Assembly: GCA_035574275.1 (NCBI GenBank)
Contig: DATLYY010000017.1
Span: forward strand, 1,057 to 65,056
Direction: 5' to 3'
Source: Verrucomicrobiia bacterium
GTDB taxonomy: Bacteria > Zixibacteria > MSB-5A5 > DSPP01
DNA length: 64,000 nucleotides
Below, one piece after another: positions 26,323 to 35,532 of the stretch. Positions within the stretch are counted from its first letter, which is position 1; every line of letters begins with the position of its first letter. The notes under the pieces were generated by a model. The model was not told where the DNA came from. It saw only the letters and a list, made by a program, of their open reading frames with translations, and searched no databases. The position numbers were made by a program, and so were the translations under genes.

Positions 26323-27566
26323 TTCAAGGCCCCTTTTTGTGCGAGAAGCGGCCGACAGAGTTCAGCCAGTTTGCATGCCCCGTCCAAAGGCAAAAGATTT
26401 TTTTCTCGGGCTTCGGTAAGTGGGTTTTTGGGGTTGGCCAAATTGGACATAACCGTTTGATACAGCCGATCCGGCGTTAGTTCCTCCGGTGAAATATAAT
26501 CCACGAGCCCCATTTCAAAAAGTCGGCGGGCGCGCAGGAGCTGCTCCCTGCGCGGATAAATCCGGGGTATAATCAGCGCCCTGCGCGCCGCGCCTAATAT
26601 TTCAACTGTCGTGTTGTAGCCCCCCATCGAAATCACCAAGTCCGCTTCTGCCAGGCGGCTGTGAAGCTCCGGCACAAATTCCTCAAAGCGTAGTGAAAGA
26701 TCCTGGGCCTGGACGGTGAACGCCTTTCGTTTGTTCTCAGGCATAAACGGGCCCAATACGGCCGTGGTTTCGACGGCGAGCCGCTCCCCGTAGGCCAGAA
26801 GCATTTCAATGTAGGCGGCGACAATTTCGGCCCCATCCTCTCCGCCGCCGATGGTCAACAAAATTTTCCTGGTGTCGCCGTTGGCAACATTAGCCGAGGC
26901 GGACAGACGGGCGGAGTCGGCGATAAATCCGGAAAAGCTGGTTTTATCCTTCGCGGCCTGTCCAAAATGATAGGAGGAGACCGGGTCAAAAAACTTCGGC
27001 GTGCCGTAGATGAAAATGCGGTCGTACACTTCATCCAGAATGGGATAAACCCCTTCCGTTGTCCAGGTTTCGCAAACTTTTTCCGGCTCATCCAAAATGT
27101 CCCGTAAGCCCAAAACTAGCGCCGGAGCATCACTTCTGTTTTTCAGTTCCTCGAGGGTACTTCTAATTTCCCCTTTCATCCCGAGGGGAGCATGGTCCAC
27201 CAGAAAGATGTGGGGTTGAAAGGTGCGAACCGCCTCAACAATCAAATTCCGTCGCAGTTCGAAAATTCTCTGGAAGGAGCTTCCCAGCGAGCGGGGTTGA
27301 TAACGGTTTTCCCCCACTTTCACCACCGCCGGCAGCTTGATAAAATCGGTCCTTTCCGGCAGCCGGTAGCGCTCTGCCTGCGGCTGTCCGGTCACGATTA
27401 AAATCGAGCTTTGGAGATAGGAGGACGCAAACGCCTGGGCGATTTTCAAACAGCGCCGGAAATGTCCCAAACCGAAGGTGTCGTGGGAATAGATTAAGAA
27501 CCGGGGAGTTTCGGCCGTTTTTTCGGCGCCGGTGACCGGTACGTCGGGGACGGACTTAAATTTCAT
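26319..27566 (-). CDS. GT-B fold glycosyltransferase (GT28/MurG-like or PseG-like, GxGHxxR N-motif)
   Basis: HDTFGLGHFRRCLKIAQAF is a MurG/GT28-type Gly-rich motif; the C-terminal half is a nucleotide-sugar binding domain (…LVISMGGYNTTVEIL…). Confidence 0.65.
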   Translation of the reverse strand: MKFKSVPDVPVTGAEKTAETPRFLIYSHDTFGLGHFRRCLKIAQAFASSYLQSSILIVTGQPQAERYRLPERTDFIKLPAVVKVGENRYQPRSLGSSFQRIFELRRNLIVEAVRTFQPHIFLVDHAPLGMKGEIRSTLEELKNRSDAPALVLGLRDILDEPEKVCETWTTEGVYPILDEVYDRIFIYGTPKFFDPVSSYHFGQAAKDKTSFSGFIADSARLSASANVANGDTRKILLTIGGGEDGAEIVAAYIEMLLAYGERLAVETTAVLGPFMPENKRKAFTVQAQDLSLRFEEFVPELHSRLAEADLVISMGGYNTTVEILGAARRALIIPRIYPRREQLLRARRLFEMGLVDYISPEELTPDRLYQTVMSNLANPKNPLTEAREKNLLPLDGACKLAELCRPLLAQKGALK

Positions 27567-28978
27567 ACTTCTCCCGGTTTCTGCCCCATTCCAAGATAGG
27601 CAAACCCATGGCGGGTCAAAATTTCAGGTACCAGCAGATTGCGGGCATCCACAATATTTTTAGCCTTCATCCGCTCCCCGACGGCTTCCCAGTCCAACGC
27701 CATAAACTCCGGCCATTCGGTCAGGATTGCTAAAGCATCCGCTCCTTGGGCCGCCTCTTCCGGTTTGGGAGAAAGTTTTAACTCCGGCCAGAGCCTCTTC
27801 GCCTCCGCTTCCGCCACCGGGTCATAGGCCTGCAAAAATGCCCCTTTGGCCGCCAGCCGTTTCATCACTTCCAAGGCCGGTGAACTGCGCAAGTCGTTGG
27901 TGTGGGCCTTAAAAGCCAGACCCAGAATACCGATCGTTTTTCCTTTCAAGTTCCCGAGCAAGCTCTCCAGTTTCTCCACAACTTTATCCGGTTGACGGCG
28001 GTTGGCTTCTTTCACCGCCTCGGCAATGGAAAGTTGCACCCCATTTTTTTGAGCTAAATTCAAAATCGCTTCCAAATCCTTCGGCAGGCAGGAGCCGCCG
28101 AAGCCGGGACCGGGGCTTAAAAACTCCGGGCTGATGCGGGAATCCAACCCCATCCCGCGGGTCACCTCGGTGACATTGATTCCGGCCGCGTCGCACAGAT
28201 TGGCCAGTTCGTTGGTAAACGTCACCTTGGTCGCCAGAAAAAGATTGGAGGCGTACTTGATCATCTCCGCCGTTTCGTTGTTGGTGACCACGATGGGGCA
28301 GGCATCCATCATCCCGACCCGGTAAAGCTGGGCGACCGTCTCGATCGCCTTCGGGCGGTCCCCGCCGATGACAATCCGCTGCGGCCGGAAAAAATCCAAA
28401 ACCGCCGTCCCCTCCCGCAAGAATTCCGGATTGGAAACGACCGCAGTTTGTTTTTTTTCGGCTCCGTTTCGGAACAACAAGTTTCGCACCTGCGAAGCGG
28501 TGCCAACGGGCACGGTCGATTTCAAAACAACTATCTGCCTAGGCTCCAGCAGGGAAATTAAATTTTCAATCACTTCAAAAACAGCCGACAAATCCGCCTC
28601 GCCGGAGGAAAGGGAAGGGGTTCCCACAGCCAGGAAGATGGCTTGCGCCCCTTTAACTGCTTCCGCCAGTTCCGAACGAAACGACAACCGCTGCCGACGC
28701 AAATTCGCGGCAATCAACTCCGGCAAGCCGCGCTCGTAGATGCGCACCTTCCCGGCGCGCAATTCATCCAATTTTTGCGAATCTTTTTCGACGAGTGAAA
28801 CGGTATGGCCGAATTGGGCAAAACCAGCCGCCGCCACCAGCCCCACAAACCCGCCGCCGACAACGGCCACCCGCAGACCAGTGGGGGGATAAACGGGTAG
28901 GCCGGACTCGGTCGCCAGCCCGTGCGAAAGCCCCTTTTCCTCGAAGACTTCAGCCGGTTTGGCGGGCGTGCGTTTCAA
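27563..28978 (-). CDS. ugd: Nucleotide-sugar 6-dehydrogenase (UDP-glucose 6-dehydrogenase family)
   Basis: Rossmann motif VAVVGGGFVGL, catalytic region GFGGSCLPKD and a UDPG_MGDP_dh C-terminal domain. The annotated start is TTG; a GTG about 108 nt downstream is an alternative. Confidence 0.85.
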   Translation of the reverse strand: MKRTPAKPAEVFEEKGLSHGLATESGLPVYPPTGLRVAVVGGGFVGLVAAAGFAQFGHTVSLVEKDSQKLDELRAGKVRIYERGLPELIAANLRRQRLSFRSELAEAVKGAQAIFLAVGTPSLSSGEADLSAVFEVIENLISLLEPRQIVVLKSTVPVGTASQVRNLLFRNGAEKKQTAVVSNPEFLREGTAVLDFFRPQRIVIGGDRPKAIETVAQLYRVGMMDACPIVVTNNETAEMIKYASNLFLATKVTFTNELANLCDAAGINVTEVTRGMGLDSRISPEFLSPGPGFGGSCLPKDLEAILNLAQKNGVQLSIAEAVKEANRRQPDKVVEKLESLLGNLKGKTIGILGLAFKAHTNDLRSSPALEVMKRLAAKGAFLQAYDPVAEAEAKRLWPELKLSPKPEEAAQGADALAILTEWPEFMALDWEAVGERMKAKNIVDARNLLVPEILTRHGFAYLGMGQKPGEV

Positions 28979-29317
28979 TTTCCCATCCTTGGCGGGCCGC
29001 TTTTCCTACGCGGGAAGAGGACCGGGTGGCCGCACATTAGTTCATCGATGGAGCGATTGACTCTACTAACAGTCAAAAGAATACCAACCGCTCGGCTGTT
29101 TGTCAACCAGGCAATGGGCAAAGCAGGGCCGGGCACTTGGTTTTTTGAAGAAAAATCAACCTGCATCCGCGCATTGCAAGAGAGGAGTATCAAATCGGAT
29201 GCCGGGGTAACGGCAAATTGCCAACTTGAAGATTGACAGGCAATTACGAGAAAAAACGGGGTGTTCTAATCCCCCGCAGGTCTGGTTTATTTCAACCGGT
29301 CGGTTGATTTCAACCAA

Positions 29318-30715
29318 TCAATACTTGAGGCCGAATTTCTGCACCCGGTAACGCAGCGCTTCGCGGGTCAGCTTCAATTTTCGGGCCGCTTCGGAAACGT
29401 TGCCGGACGATTCCTCCAAGGCGCGGATGATCAACTGTTTTTCCACTGCTTCAATGTCGATGCCGTCCGGCCCGAAATTCACTTTCACTTCGGAGTTTGA
29501 ACCGACCGCCACGGCGGAAGCTGCTTCGGCCTGCAGCCGCAGCTCGGCCGGTTCAATCGTCTCGCCCGCCGTAAACAGGGCGGCCCGCTCCAAAAGCTGC
29601 CGCAGCTCCCGCACGTTCCCCGGCCAGGGGTAGGACAATAGCGCCCTTTGGGCCGCCTCTCCCAATTTTTTCGGTTTTTCCGGACCCGCTTTCTGGCCGG
29701 AGGTTCTATGCAGAAAATGCTCCGCCAAAAGCAAAATGTCTTCTTTTCTTTCCCGCAAAGGGGGCAGTGTAAGAGTGACGTGGTTTAGCCGGAAGAAAAG
29801 ATCCTGCCGGAACTGGCCGGTTTTGACCGTCTGCTCCAAATTCCGGTTCGTGGCGGCGATGATGCGCACGTCGATGGACAAATCCCTAAGCCCGCCCACA
29901 TGCCGCAGTTTTTTCTGCTCAATCAAGCGTAAAAGCTTGGCCTGCGACTCCAGTTGCAGCTCCCCAATTTCGTTCAAAAAAAGAGTTCCGCCTTCCGCCA
30001 CCTCCGCCAATCCCCGTTTCGACTGCCGGGCGTCGGTAAAGGCCCCCTTTTCATAGCCAAAAAGCTCCCCCTCTTCCAAACCGCGCGGGAGGGTGGGGCA
30101 GTTCACTTCGATAAACGGAGCGGCAGCAAAAGCGCTTTTGAAATGCAAGAGCCGGGCGACCAAATCCTTCCCCGTGCCGGTTTCCCCCAGAATCAAAACC
30201 GGCGGCAATTCGGAAACTTTTGCGACGGATAAGCCGGAAAGTTTTTGGATGAAATCCCGTACCTCGCGCGCCTTTGAGCTTTCTCCCAAAAATTCTTCTT
30301 CTGAAAGCCGCTCCGCCTCCCGTTTTTGGTAAAAGGAAACCGTGCGCGCCAGCCGGGCGTGCGCCAAGGCCCGCTCGATGGCAATTGCCACTTCGTCCGT
30401 GTCCAACGGCTTGCGCAGGAAATCAATGGCCCCGAGCTTCATTGCTTCCACCGCCAAGGCGATGGTGCCGTAGGCCGTGACAATGATGACCAAGATGTTG
30501 GGATCGGACTCGCGGATTTTTTTCAAGGCCTCCAAGCCGGAAAGCCCGGGCAGCTGCATATCCAAAAGCACGATGTCGGGCAAAAGCTTGTCTAGAAGGG
30601 AAAGTCCCTCTTCGGCGGTGCCGACGGCGGAGGCCTCATGCCCCCGTTGGGCCAGGGCGCGCGCAAGGGAACGTCCCAAAAGAATCTCGTCATCGATGAT
30701 TAAAATCTGCGCCAC
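29318..30715 (-). CDS. Sigma-54-dependent response regulator (NtrC-family enhancer-binding protein: REC + AAA+ + HTH)
   Basis: REC domain (ILIIDDE…DIVLLDMQLPGLSGLEALKKI). AAA+ domain with GETGTGKDLVARLLH and the sigma54-contact motif GAFTDA (GAFTGA variant). C-terminal Fis-type HTH. Confidence 0.9.
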   Translation of the reverse strand: MAQILIIDDEILLGRSLARALAQRGHEASAVGTAEEGLSLLDKLLPDIVLLDMQLPGLSGLEALKKIRESDPNILVIIVTAYGTIALAVEAMKLGAIDFLRKPLDTDEVAIAIERALAHARLARTVSFYQKREAERLSEEEFLGESSKAREVRDFIQKLSGLSVAKVSELPPVLILGETGTGKDLVARLLHFKSAFAAAPFIEVNCPTLPRGLEEGELFGYEKGAFTDARQSKRGLAEVAEGGTLFLNEIGELQLESQAKLLRLIEQKKLRHVGGLRDLSIDVRIIAATNRNLEQTVKTGQFRQDLFFRLNHVTLTLPPLRERKEDILLLAEHFLHRTSGQKAGPEKPKKLGEAAQRALLSYPWPGNVRELRQLLERAALFTAGETIEPAELRLQAEAASAVAVGSNSEVKVNFGPDGIDIEAVEKQLIIRALEESSGNVSEAARKLKLTREALRYRVQKFGLKY

Positions 30716-32152
30716 TTAACCTTCCTCCCAAAATAAGGGCAAGGTGAGGGTTACCGTGGTTCCGGCCCCAGATGTGCTCTCCACTTTAATGGAACCGCCG
30801 TGCAAATCCAGAATTTTTTTGGCTTGTGCCAGACCCAGACCGGTGCCGCCCGGCTTGTCGGTTACGAACGGCTTGAAAACCTTCTCAATAAAAGCAGGAG
30901 AGATTCCCTTGCCGGTGTCGGTGACCCGCAGGATCGCCTCGCGGCTGCCGGCGGAGGCCTCAATGGTCAAAGTTCCGCCGGTCTCCATCGCTTCGGCAGC
31001 GTTGACAATCAAGGCCGAAAGCACCTGCTCCAACAAAACCGGATCAGCCAATATCGGGGGGAGCGGCTCAAGGCGAATGGCTCGGCTGATTCTTTTGGAT
31101 TCCAAGAGCGCCTCATGTAAGCCAAGCGCTTCGTATACCAACTGCGGCAGCTCTGTTTTAGTCGGCTGCAGATCGAGCGGCTTGGCGAATCCCAAAAGTC
31201 GCTGTATCCACATATCGAGCTTGTCCACGGACTGAATGATGTCCGAAAGCGAGTCCTTGATGGCCGGTTGGTCTGCGTTTTCCGCCAGCATCACTTGCGA
31301 GGCAGCCCGGATGCTGGCCAAGGGGTTGCGGATGTTGTGGGTGGCAAAGGAGGCCAATTCACCCAAAGCCGCCAGACGCTCTTGCGCCCGCAACTTTTGC
31401 TCATACCCTTTCAACGCTTCCGCCATCCGGTTGATGGCACCTGCCAGTTCTCCCCATTCATCCCGGCTGCCGATTGCCACTCTGGCCTCAAAGTTTCCCT
31501 GACTAATTTTGGTCGTAACCTGACCCACCTCCGCTATCGGGCCCGCCAGCCAATGCTGCAGCAAAAAAACGGTGGCGACAAGCTGGACCAACGCCAAAAG
31601 CGCCGCGCCTCCCACCAGATAGGCGATGAGATTGCCCGAACCGGCGGCCGCCGCAAGGGCCACGTTTTCCAGTCCCTGATAATATTGATTTAACACCGCC
31701 ACATCGGAGGTCACCTCGTCGCCGATTTCCTCCAGCTTTTCCGCCGGCCGCTCCTTCGGATTGCGCATCCCCGCGCCGGAGGGCCGGAAAACGTTTTGCG
31801 CCACGTAAACCAATTCACGCTGGGTCTCCTCCAGCGCCTCGAGATGGTCGGTTTCTTCTTCGCTTTTGGCGGCTGCTTTCAATTTTCCCATCTGGCCGGC
31901 CACCCGTTTTTGAATATCCCAGAAGTCCGCCTCGGCCTCCCGGTCGCCGGAAAGAAAATCGCTGCCGGATGAAATCTGGCGGTAGATGTCGGCCCGCAGC
32001 CGCTCGGCGGCGATTCCCTGGTTGTAGGCCCGCGAAAGCTCGGCTGCCGCGCTCCGCCAGCGCCCGGAGGCCCAAAAGGCGGCTGCTCCGATAGCCAAAA
32101 CGACCAAAAACAAAAGAAGGTAACTTAGCGTCAATTTGGAACGAATGGTCAT
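30716..32152 (-). CDS. Sensor histidine kinase (two TM segments, periplasmic sensor, HAMP, HisKA, HATPase_c)
   Basis: H-box ASFATHNIRNPLASI; N/G1/G2 boxes …GGTGLGLAQAKKILDLHGGSI…; its start overlaps the epimerase stop (ATGA). Confidence 0.85.
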   Translation of the reverse strand: MTIRSKLTLSYLLLFLVVLAIGAAAFWASGRWRSAAAELSRAYNQGIAAERLRADIYRQISSGSDFLSGDREAEADFWDIQKRVAGQMGKLKAAAKSEEETDHLEALEETQRELVYVAQNVFRPSGAGMRNPKERPAEKLEEIGDEVTSDVAVLNQYYQGLENVALAAAAGSGNLIAYLVGGAALLALVQLVATVFLLQHWLAGPIAEVGQVTTKISQGNFEARVAIGSRDEWGELAGAINRMAEALKGYEQKLRAQERLAALGELASFATHNIRNPLASIRAASQVMLAENADQPAIKDSLSDIIQSVDKLDMWIQRLLGFAKPLDLQPTKTELPQLVYEALGLHEALLESKRISRAIRLEPLPPILADPVLLEQVLSALIVNAAEAMETGGTLTIEASAGSREAILRVTDTGKGISPAFIEKVFKPFVTDKPGGTGLGLAQAKKILDLHGGSIKVESTSGAGTTVTLTLPLFWEEG

Positions 32153-33090
32153 TGATTAAAAATGCCCGAGTTCTTGAACCAGAGCACGGTTTCCCGCAGG
32201 GAGCGGGAAAAATCGGCCTTCGGTGCAAAGCCCAGCACCTTCCGGCTCCGCTGGACATTCGCCCAGGTATGTAGCACATCCCCTTGTTTGCGCGGAGAGA
32301 ACTCCGGTGTTGATTTGGTGTTAAGAATCTTCTGAATTTCGGCAAAGAGCTTGTTCACCGAAACCCGCCTTCCGGAGCCGACGTTGAAAACGCCGCCGAC
32401 CGCTTTTTTCGAACGGGCGGCCCGTTCGGCCGCCCGAACCACGTCCCCCACATAAACGAAATCACGCGTCTGATTGCCATCGCCGTAAATCGTCGGCGTC
32501 TGCCCGGTAAGAAGTTTGCGAGTAAAATTCGGGATGGCGTTGGCATACTGCGAAAAAGGATTCTGCCGCGGGCCGTACACGTTGAAAAGGCGCAAAGCCA
32601 CCGTCTCCAGCCCATACAACCGCCAATAAAGCGAACAGAGCTGCTCCCCGGCAAGCTTGGACAAAGCATATGGGGATTCCGGCTGGGGTGGATAGCTTTC
32701 TTTAAACGGCAGCTTGGGATATTCCCCGTAGACCGCTGAGGAGGAAATGAAAACCACTCGTTTGACTTTTGCCCGCCGGGTCGCTTCTAAAACGTTGTAG
32801 GTTCCTTTCAAATTCACTTCCCAGGTGGTCTGCGGCTCTTCCAGCGAAGTCAAAACTGAAACCACGGCGGCCAAATGAAAAACGACGCCGGTTCCTTCCA
32901 AAAGACCGCAAAGCTTCTCAAAATCCCGCACGTCCCCTTCAACAACTTCCACCGGCTCCAGCCCGGCCAGATTCTCCCTCCGGCCGGAAGAAAAATTGTC
33001 CAGAATAACGACCGAATGCCCCTTTTTGAGCAGGGCATCAACGACATGGGAACCGATAAAACCTGCCCCCCCTGTTACTACCGCGCGGAT
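32149..33090 (-). CDS. NAD-dependent sugar epimerase/dehydratase (SDR family; likely UDP-glucuronate/UDP-glucose 4-epimerase), apparent non-canonical ATC start
   Basis: The six-frame ORF (from GTG at 32952) lacks the Rossmann motif. The same frame continues upstream to IRAVVTGGAGFIGSHVVDALLKKGHSVVILDNFSSGRREN… with an in-frame TGA immediately 5' of it. The only plausible initiator is ATC (33090-33088), 7 nt after a GGAGG. YxxxK and C-terminal epimerase motifs are present. Confidence 0.7.
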   Translation of the reverse strand: MRAVVTGGAGFIGSHVVDALLKKGHSVVILDNFSSGRRENLAGLEPVEVVEGDVRDFEKLCGLLEGTGVVFHLAAVVSVLTSLEEPQTTWEVNLKGTYNVLEATRRAKVKRVVFISSSAVYGEYPKLPFKESYPPQPESPYALSKLAGEQLCSLYWRLYGLETVALRLFNVYGPRQNPFSQYANAIPNFTRKLLTGQTPTIYGDGNQTRDFVYVGDVVRAAERAARSKKAVGGVFNVGSGRRVSVNKLFAEIQKILNTKSTPEFSPRKQGDVLHTWANVQRSRKVLGFAPKADFSRSLRETVLWFKNSGIFNQ

Positions 33091-33290
33091 AGGGTTTCCT
33101 CCTCAATCATAGTTCTGTTCGCACGGGAGAATTCGTCGAAGGCATTTCATGCTGGGAAATATATGATTCCCGTTCCTCAATGCAAACCAAGCCTGGAAAA
33201 GGTTTTTGGGTTGAGGGTCGAAAGCAAAATAAAAAATCCACCCACCCTCAAACCGCTTGTAAAAAAAATATTTCCTGCCATCTTTCCGGC

Positions 33291-33992
33291 GTGAAGCCAA
33301 AATCGATTTTGGTGGTGGAGGATGATGCCGACATCCGTCAGCTGTTGTGGCGTTATCTGGAAAAGGAAAAGTACAAAGTCATTTTGGCCAAGGATGGCGA
33401 GGAAGGGTTGGAAGCTGCGGAGGCGCAAAAGCCGGATGTGATAATTCTGGATCTGATGCTCCCCCGCCGGGACGGACTTTCGGTTTTGAAGGAACTTCGC
33501 GGCAAGCAGGAACTCTCTTCCATTCCGGTATTAATCTTGACGGCCAAAGGGGACGAGGCCGACCGGGTGGTCGGGCTCGAACTGGGGGCCGACGACTACG
33601 TTGCCAAGCCCTTCTCCCCGCGCGAGGTGGCGGCCCGCGTAAAAGCACTTTTGCGCCGTGCGGTTCCCTCCGAAAAACCGGCCGAAGCGGCCGGCGAGCT
33701 CGCCTACGGGTCTCTTCGGCTGGATGCCGAGGGACACAAGGTATTTTACAAAAAAGAGGAGCTGGAGCTGACCGCCAAGGAGTTCGGGTTGCTTAAGCTG
33801 TTTTTGGAAAACCGGGGAAAGCTGCTTTCCCGCGACCGGATTCTGGCGCGGGTCTGGGGGGCCGACTTTTCTGGCGGCCCGCGCACGGTGGATGTGCACA
33901 TCCGCCGGCTCCGGGAAAAAATACCCCTTTTGGAAAAAGCCCTCGTCACCGTAAAATCGTACGGCTATCGGCTGGAGGAGAAAGCGCCGTGA
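33291..33992 (+). CDS. phoB: OmpR/PhoB-family response regulator (PhoB-like)
   Basis: REC domain (ILVVEDDADIRQLL…DVIILDLMLP…) and a winged-helix DNA-binding C-terminus (…LLSRDRILARVWGADFSGGPRTVDVHIRRLREK). Start uncertain: GTG at 33291 preferred over the ATG at 33180, which would add 37 atypical residues. Confidence 0.75.
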   Translation: MKPKSILVVEDDADIRQLLWRYLEKEKYKVILAKDGEEGLEAAEAQKPDVIILDLMLPRRDGLSVLKELRGKQELSSIPVLILTAKGDEADRVVGLELGADDYVAKPFSPREVAARVKALLRRAVPSEKPAEAAGELAYGSLRLDAEGHKVFYKKEELELTAKEFGLLKLFLENRGKLLSRDRILARVWGADFSGGPRTVDVHIRRLREKIPLLEKALVTVKSYGYRLEEKAP

Positions 33993-35320
33993 GGTTCGGA
34001 TCTCGGTTTCTTGTATTGCTTTTTATTCTTTTCACTCTCCTTCTCTTCGCCGGCGGGGAAGCCGGCGCGTCCCGCGGGCGGCTTTTTCTTTTCAGCGTTT
34101 TTTTCCTTCTCGCCGGTGGGATCGGTTTTTGGTTTCTGCGTCCCAAATCCCGCTCGGCCGAGACTCTTGCCGCCGCCGCCGAAAAAATGAAATGCGGGGA
34201 TTTTTCCGCGCGGGTCTCGCTCCCCGCGGAGGATGGGCTGGCCCCTTTGGGCCAAAAGGTAAACGAACTGGCCGAGGGGCTGCAAAAAGAGTTTGATGAG
34301 ATGAAAGAACGAGAACTGGTGCAGAACGCCACGATGGAGACCCTTTCGGAAGGGGTTCTGGCGGCCGACGCCGAGGGAAAAATCCTCTTTGCCAACCCCA
34401 CCATCCGCTCCATTTTCGCCCTTTCCGCCGAGCCGGTCGGCCAGCCCTTCCATCTCGTTTTCCGCCAGCCGACACTCCTGGCCGCCTTTGAAAAAGTGCT
34501 GCGGGAGGGGGGGAACGAAAAAGTTCAAATCAAAGAGGCCTTTCCCACCCATAAGGTCGTGGATGTTTATCTGTTGGCCCCACCCCGGACCCGGCGCGCC
34601 CGCGTGGTGGTGGTCTTTCAGGACTCGACCCAAGCGTACCGCTTGGAGCAGGTGCGCAAGGATTTCGTGGCCAACGCCTCCCACGAACTGCGCACCCCCC
34701 TTGCGGTAATCCGGGGCTACCTCGAAACGCTGGAAGACGGGCTGGTGGCGGAAGCGGAAAAAAAACAGGTTTTCCATACCCTGAACGACAACGTCCGCCG
34801 GATGGGAAATTTAATCGATGACCTCCTGCACCTTTCCAAGCTGGAATCACCGGAATTCACTCTGAAACCGGAAAAACTTGCCGTTCTCGAAGTCGTTCAG
34901 GCGGCGCTCACCGCTTTAATACCACAGGCCGAAGCCAAAAAACAACAACTTTCCCTGAAGATTTCTTCCGGACTCCACGTGACGGGTGATCGGCAGGAGC
35001 TGGAAGTGGCGCTGAAAAATATTCTGGAAAACGCCATCCATTACACCGGCGAAGGGGGCGAAATCACGGCCACGGCGGCCAAAAAAGAGGGTGCGGTGGA
35101 AATTTCCGTCACCGATACCGGAATCGGCATCCCTTCGCAGGATTTGGGACGCATCTTCGAACGTTTCTACCGGGTGGAGAAATCCCGCTCGAAAGAAGAG
35201 GGGGGAACAGGATTGGGCTTGTCCATCGTCAAACACATCGCGGAGGCCCACGGCGGCCGGGTGGAGGTGGAAAGCGAAGTGGGCAAGGGCAGTCGCTTCA
35301 CATTGGTGATTCCCGGTTGA
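33989..35320 (+). CDS. phoR: PhoR-like sensor histidine kinase (TM, PAS, HisKA, HATPase_c)
   Basis: GTG start overlapping the phoB stop (GTGA). H-box NASHELRTPLAVIRGYLETL; ATPase motifs GGTGLGLSIVKHIAEAHGG. Lies ~10 kb upstream of the pst-phoU genes in the same orientation. Confidence 0.8.
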   Translation: MRFGSRFLVLLFILFTLLLFAGGEAGASRGRLFLFSVFFLLAGGIGFWFLRPKSRSAETLAAAAEKMKCGDFSARVSLPAEDGLAPLGQKVNELAEGLQKEFDEMKERELVQNATMETLSEGVLAADAEGKILFANPTIRSIFALSAEPVGQPFHLVFRQPTLLAAFEKVLREGGNEKVQIKEAFPTHKVVDVYLLAPPRTRRARVVVVFQDSTQAYRLEQVRKDFVANASHELRTPLAVIRGYLETLEDGLVAEAEKKQVFHTLNDNVRRMGNLIDDLLHLSKLESPEFTLKPEKLAVLEVVQAALTALIPQAEAKKQQLSLKISSGLHVTGDRQELEVALKNILENAIHYTGEGGEITATAAKKEGAVEISVTDTGIGIPSQDLGRIFERFYRVEKSRSKEEGGTGLGLSIVKHIAEAHGGRVEVESEVGKGSRFTLVIPG

Positions 35321-35498
35321 TCAAACCACCTTCCCTGTTGCAGGCAGCTCGACTGGAACGTATCGGAAATCCCGCTTGCTGTCCGTAAAAAGACGAAAAT
35401 ATCACCAGGTGGTCACAGGCACGCCACGCCGATGGTTTAACATTTGGGGCAACGAGTCGCTTATTTCGCATCAAGCCGTTAAAAGGGGTTTTAATAAA

Positions 35499-35532
35499 GG
35501 GACCCGCCTCCACCGAGGTCCCTTTTTGTTTT
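35499..35532 (+). terminator. Rho-independent terminator downstream of phoR
   Basis: GGGACC-cgcctccaccga-GGTCCC followed by TTTTTGTTTT. Confidence 0.65.

Noticed and set aside
29125-29150. Plus-strand sigma54-like element GGGCAC-ttggt-TTTTT
   Set aside because: Its orientation points into the 3' end of the regulator gene with no downstream plus-strand gene, and the -12 element (TTTTT) does not match TTGC.
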